DNA of 47,956 nucleotides, taken from the NCBI GenBank assembly GCA_051294375.1, contig CM119263.1, positions 5,998,495 to 6,046,450 of the forward strand, in the 5' to 3' direction. The stretch is from Paraspadella gotoi. Taxonomy: Eukaryota > Animalia > Chaetognatha. Position 1 is the first letter of the stretch. The number at the start of each line of letters is the position of its first letter. Below the pieces are notes generated by a model. That model was given only the letters and a program-made list of their open reading frames with translations. It made no database searches and was not told the DNA's origin. This document shows positions 42,865 to 47,956 of the stretch, in pieces. The position numbers were made by a program, and so were the translations under genes.

Positions 42865-44417
42865 TTAATTTTAACATGATATTTTAATATTTAGATCGCA
42901 AAATATGACAAACGTTTTAAAAAAGTCATAAATTTTTTGTAACCAACTCGTTAGGTTTCAGTATGTAAAAGTAAAATAAGAGTTATTATTTCAATAATAT
43001 ACAAATATAGTTGTTTTTTCTAGTTTTTACACTGATACTGTTTTTGATTTTGTCCATACTGTTTTTGGTATTAATAAATTAAATAAAATAAAAAAATATA
43101 TATATATATATAAATATACAATATACAAAGCTGAATGTTATGAAATGGGTAGGATCAATTAGCCATTGAAGATGATAATATCGTGGGCAGATCCGACATT
43201 GTTTGCTCAAACTTGTTATTTTTGTATCTAACTAATCTGCTTCATGTATCCCTGCCTAACGCCTATACTATATGTAATTATATATTCTATGCATTTCAAT
43301 CTTTACTATCATTCCTGAGTTTTCAATAACTTTTACCTTATCTATTTTCATTTATTCAGTTTTAAATCTTATCTTAAATCTTGTCTGGAAGCTCATCCCA
43401 TGTTAAATCTTAAATATTATCTCATCCTTTAAATCTTACCGGACCCAGAGTATCCCGCTTCAGTTCTTCAAGGTGAAGGTCAAAAGCGAAGGGAGCGGAG
43501 CCCAGACCAACGAGGAAGAAAAACGCAACAATCGCACGACGTCGACGATCAGAGAAGAGCAGTTGAAAATCAGCCTGTCGGCGAATATAATATAAAGTAT
43601 AAAAAAATTCAAAGTATAATAATTTCCCCAGTAAAAGTATTATTATATGAAATTGGTACAACCAATATAAAAATATATATATATTTATATATGATAATAA
43701 TCATTTACCAACAAGATTTTGGGGTGGGACCGACGAACCGACAAAGTGAATTATAAAGTTGGAATCTGCTGATAAGCAGATCCATTTACAAAGTTTATAA
43801 TCGTTTGATTTCAAAAATGCACACATCATATAAAACTAAGGAGTTCTGGATCCAACTTTTATAGTAAATGCAGTTTTTATAACTGTAAGAATTTATTGTA
43901 TTCATTTGTAAAGTGACAGTACGTTTGAGACACGTTTTTGCCTAGATTGTATCGTTCAGATTTGGGCGGTTAAATATTTATCACAACAGCACAACGCCTT
44001 GAACTTGCCTTGAATTTTTTAGTTTAATCTCACCCGTTGAGAGTGTAGAAAGGCGAAGCCGTGAAGGGAGGAGACCAAAGAGTGAAAGATAATTACAAAT
44101 AAGAGACTCCAACCAACAAGGCGAAAGTAGAAAGCCTCTGACAATAGGTGCGTCACGGTTATCTGTCAAGAGATGATAAGCAGGCTTGGGTCCTTTGCTT
44201 CGAAAGGTTTTTCATGCTTGTGAATTAATCATACGTAGAGCGAGGATTACCGACAGGGAAAAATAGACTAGAATATAGAGAAATTAAGAAAAAAGAATTT
44301 TTTTTAGCTCTCTAACAACACTAATAATACTAATTACATTTTTACCTTTTACAATTCAATAAATATTACATTACGTATACTACACGTATACTATGTATAA
44401 TACGCAGTACAATATGT

Positions 44418-44542
44418 CATTATGGACTAAAATCAACCGACTGTTCATTCGCGGCCAGTCAAGAGGGAGGGGGCGCTTAATCTGCCTGTAATATGGTGTT
44501 ACGGCCTGATCCGAAGTTCAGGGACTGCTTATATTAAACGGT
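44418..44542 (+). mobile_element. Degenerate LTR copy 5 (tRNA-like domain deleted, twister region retained)
   Basis: ATGGACTAAAATC..GCGGCCA jumps to GTCAAGAGGGAGGGGGCGCTTAATCTGCCTGTAA..GTTACGGCCTGATCCGAAGTTCAGGGACTGCT. Confidence 0.75.
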
Positions 44543-46996
44543 GAGGAACAACAACAACAACACACAACCTCAGTTAAAAGTGACTTTACTAACCTTACCC
44601 TCGATCGCTTGCCCTCTCTCTCTTTATGGTCAACTTTGACCTTGTAAATACTCATTTGTTAGCCTTTTAAACTTTTTGACTGTTATTGTTATTAACCTGT
44701 TAACCTTAATCTGAAAATTGTTGCATCCACAACGGTATTATTATTTACTCCTAACAATTAATCTCTCTTCAATATATTAAATAGTATGATTGATTAAAGA
44801 AGAAAGGTTTAAAAATATATCTAGTAGTAGTGCCTGAATCTAGATTCAGATTTTCAAAAAACTTTCTAAATATGATCAGAACCATATTTAATAGAAATTA
44901 GTTACACAGCAGGTGGATTAAATATGCTCAAAAGGTTAGTAATAAAAATCGAGTGACTCGAATATGCAAATGAGATTAATGCGTCATCGTAAGATTAAAT
45001 ATAAGGCAAAAGAGAGCATAAACAATTTATTAATAATTATTTTTTAAAAAACAATTAATAAATATGTTTTAATTTGTTTTGATAATTTTTTATGAGAATT
45101 CTGTATAATAAAAAATATTTTAAAAAGCTAATTTATCTAACAATATTAACATAATTATTGGCTATAAATATATTTGTATTACTTCTTTTTTTATTCTTTT
45201 TTAATTTTGAAAAAATATTTAGTAAAAATATAGCTTTTTTAATTGGTTCAGGCACTAGAATACAACAATACTTCTGATTCTGAAAATGAATTGGGAAAAA
45301 ATGATTTTTGATACTTCTTTTACTTACTTATTTTAATTAGTTTAGGTTAAAAATGGTTGACACCTATCCTTACAGATATTCTATGCTGACTTTATTCAGC
45401 CAATTTAATATTATAAACATTTTTAATATGGAAAAAGTCATTGACTCTTTTTGACGAAACCTAATTCCTTCTTTTTCTATTTTTGTACCAATCGACTTTG
45501 GCGTCCCATAACTTTCGAACGCTATGTTCGATTTTATCGGGACTTGGACCAATCGATTCATCCTTCAATAAGCTTTATTTTATATCTCTAAGTCTTTGTA
45601 AAATTCATCCATCCAATACGTTTTTTTTTATGTGAAAATGTGGCTACTTTTTTTTGCGCCTTAGTGTACAAAATAATAACAGAGTAGTTCCTTGCAAGCT
45701 TTCAATCAAGACTCATTCACAGTCTCGTTTATTCATTCCTAGAGTATAATTTTGACATAATTATATTTGAAAGTACAAAAAAAATATTTTTTGCCAAATA
45801 TTTTTACTTTTTTTTAAACAGATTTAACAGGAATATGAAATTTTTTTGTAAGCAAATAAGAAGTATAGAGAGAGATTAAGAGAGAGAGAGAGAAACAGAT
45901 TGAGCCAAAATTATAATTTCTGGATATAGGCTTTATAATAGTATAAAAAATAAAAGTTTTAATTTTATAAAACTGACCCTCACCTATAACAAATGAAAGA
46001 TTTACCCTCACTTTTTTATTAACCTCTAAGTGGATCTAAAATTAAAATTTTTAAATAATACTAATTTTTTACTTTCATATCTTATTAGCTCAAATAAAAT
46101 GATAATGCTAACTCTTTTCCTAATGATATAAAAAAACAGCACCAATAAGAAGAAAAAGTTTTTTCACCTTCTTGTTTGCTGACACGCTATATAAAAGTAT
46201 ATTTTTATCCCAGAAGGTATCAACATTTTTATTTTTTTTGCGGGTAAGACAAAGGCCACAGGTTTTTTTTTCCTTTTTTCAACCTTGTTATCTTAATTAA
46301 AGCTAACAGACAAAGATAATTACTACAAAGACGGAGAGAATGATAAAACAACCATAAATTATTCTTACTCTTTAAAATCATTACTTAAGAGTTAATTGAA
46401 GAGAGCGCTGGAAAAGAAAGCATATGAAGAATACTTGCTATTAAAGTATTTTGATATGATTCAAGTAAACAGTACCAAAATGGTTGTGAGCAAAACAAAA
46501 AACTGATTGAACTGGATCTCTCTCTGCCTCAATGGCTTTTTGTCATTGGTTTACTGTCTCACTATTTTTCAAGATTGAGTTACAAGAAACCTTTATTACA
46601 ATAGTATTTTCATATGCTTTTTATTATTAAATATTGTTTTTTTTATCCTATATGCTGATAAAACTATACATACTAGCTTTTTAATTTGATTTTATTATAT
46701 TTATTTAAATTTTTATATAAGATTAATAAGTTTTTAATAAATTAAAGTATTACTGTGAGACGTTAATCTCATTTGCATATTAGAGTAACCCGATTTTTAT
46801 TACGAACCTTTTGGCCTTGTGGAAAAAAATCGTTCTATCTCATATCTCTTATTTTGGTACCAAGGTAATATTCCCAAGGTTTTGAAAAGATATTCCAACC
46901 CTTCCTATAGGAAGCTTGCCAGACTACTAGTAGCTAATCCCTAAACCTATCAGCGCATTTAATAAGTTTAATCTTTTTAATTTTTTTATGGTTATC

Positions 46997-47367
46997 AGTC
47001 TGTTGCGTCTCTTCAGTGAATTGTTGTTGTTGGTGGAAAGTGCGTCACCAAGTTGAGGCATGTCGCCTGATGTGTTTGATGGCGGAAAGTGCATCGCCAG
47101 GTTGAGGCATGTCGCCTGAAAGTGTTGTTGTCGCTGTTGTGTTTGGAAGTCGGGCTCACCAATGAAGAGACAGTGATTATTATTATGTGTTAGTGACAGA
47201 ATCGTTCAATATAAGCAGTTCCTGAGCTTCGATCAGCGCAATAAGCGCCCCGTTCCTCTTAACTGCCAGGCGACCACCGGGCTAGAACCTTTGGGTTGGG
47301 AGGCGAATTACTTGCCTCCGGCACCAACGGCCGCTGATGAATGGTTGGTGGATTTTAGTCCATCATA
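46997..47367 (-). mobile_element. LTR copy 6 (47367-47163) plus PBS (47161-47149) and ~150 bp internal region
   Basis: Reverse complement of 47555-47944, with internal deletions (twister P3 missing). Confidence 0.85.
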
Positions 47368-47554
47368 ATATTAATTTTTCTTCTATGGAGGACAGCTAAT
47401 AGTTGATATGACCGATGACTCTTTATCTCCATTTCTCTCTTTCTCTCTTAACAATTACTATTTGTTAGTTTACTAACTCGTTTTCACATTATAACAAATT
47501 TTTATTATCATAAACCTTATCTCCGTATCCAAGGTCGTCGTAAAAAGCAAAAGG

Positions 47555-47956
47555 TATGGTGGACTAAAATCCACCAACCATTCATCAGCGGCTATTGGTG
47601 CCGGAGGCAAGTCATTCGCCTCCCAACCCAAAGGTCCGGGGTTTTAGCCTGGTGGCCGTCTAGAGGGACGGAGCGCTTAACCCGCCTGTAACATGGTGTT
47701 ACAGACTGATCCGAAGCTCAGGGACTGCTTATATTGAACGGTTCTGTCACTAACACATAATAATAATCACTGTCTCTTCATTGGTGAGCCCGACTTCCGA
47801 ACACAACAGCGACAACAACACTTTCAGGCGACATGCCTCAACCTGGTGATGCACTTTCCGCCAACAACACATCAGGCGACATGCCTCAACTTAGTGACGC
47901 ACTTTCCACCAACAACAAAATTCACTGAAGAGACGCAACAGACTTCTCCCTACGGG
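47555..47956 (+). mobile_element. LTR copy 7 (47555-47780) plus PBS and internal region running to about the window end
   Basis: LTR ends TCTCTTCA, then T-TGGTGAGCCCGAC. The internal region has two ~48-bp tandem repeats (TCAGGCGACATGCCTCAAC..GCACTTTCC). Confidence 0.85.
47782..47794 (+). promoter_or_regulatory. Primer-binding site, tRNA-Trp-like
   Basis: TGGTGAGCCCGAC lies one base after the LTR CA end. It matches 12/13 of TGGTGACCCCGAC, the complement of the metazoan tRNA-Trp 3' end (recalled, not searched). Confidence 0.7.

Noticed and set aside
47824-47920. CRISPR-like array
   Set aside because: Only two adjacent near-identical units with no unique spacers, in a eukaryotic context.

Overview
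AT-rich, intron-rich animal genomic DNA with many (AG)n/(GAC)n microsatellites, one N-gap (3654-3678) and patches of indel-rich sequence. Host genes: (1) the 3' part of a receptor-type protein tyrosine phosphatase (D2 domain), with an antisense Cys-rich membrane-protein gene nested in an intron, locally scrambled by a ~3 kb fold-back that is probably an artefact; (2) an orphan single-TM ORF; (3) a multi-exon EML/EMAP-like gene with a troponin C/calmodulin-like gene nested antisense in its largest intron; (4) a MELK-like kinase with an N-terminal extension and apparently no KA1 domain; (5) a disrupted XK-related gene. The main discovery is a ~235-bp repeat present 7 times. Four copies are solo LTRs with exact 4-bp target-site duplications, and two are followed by a tRNA-Trp-like primer-binding site. 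The intact copies contain a 72-nt tRNA(Gly)-like domain followed by a motif matching a circularly permuted (type P5) twister ribozyme, all closed by a 9-bp stem. This looks like a candidate animal LTR 'retrozyme' built on a twister ribozyme and a Pol III promoter. A Penelope-like remnant with a minimal hammerhead is also present. All calls are by eye; no searches or folding programs were run.
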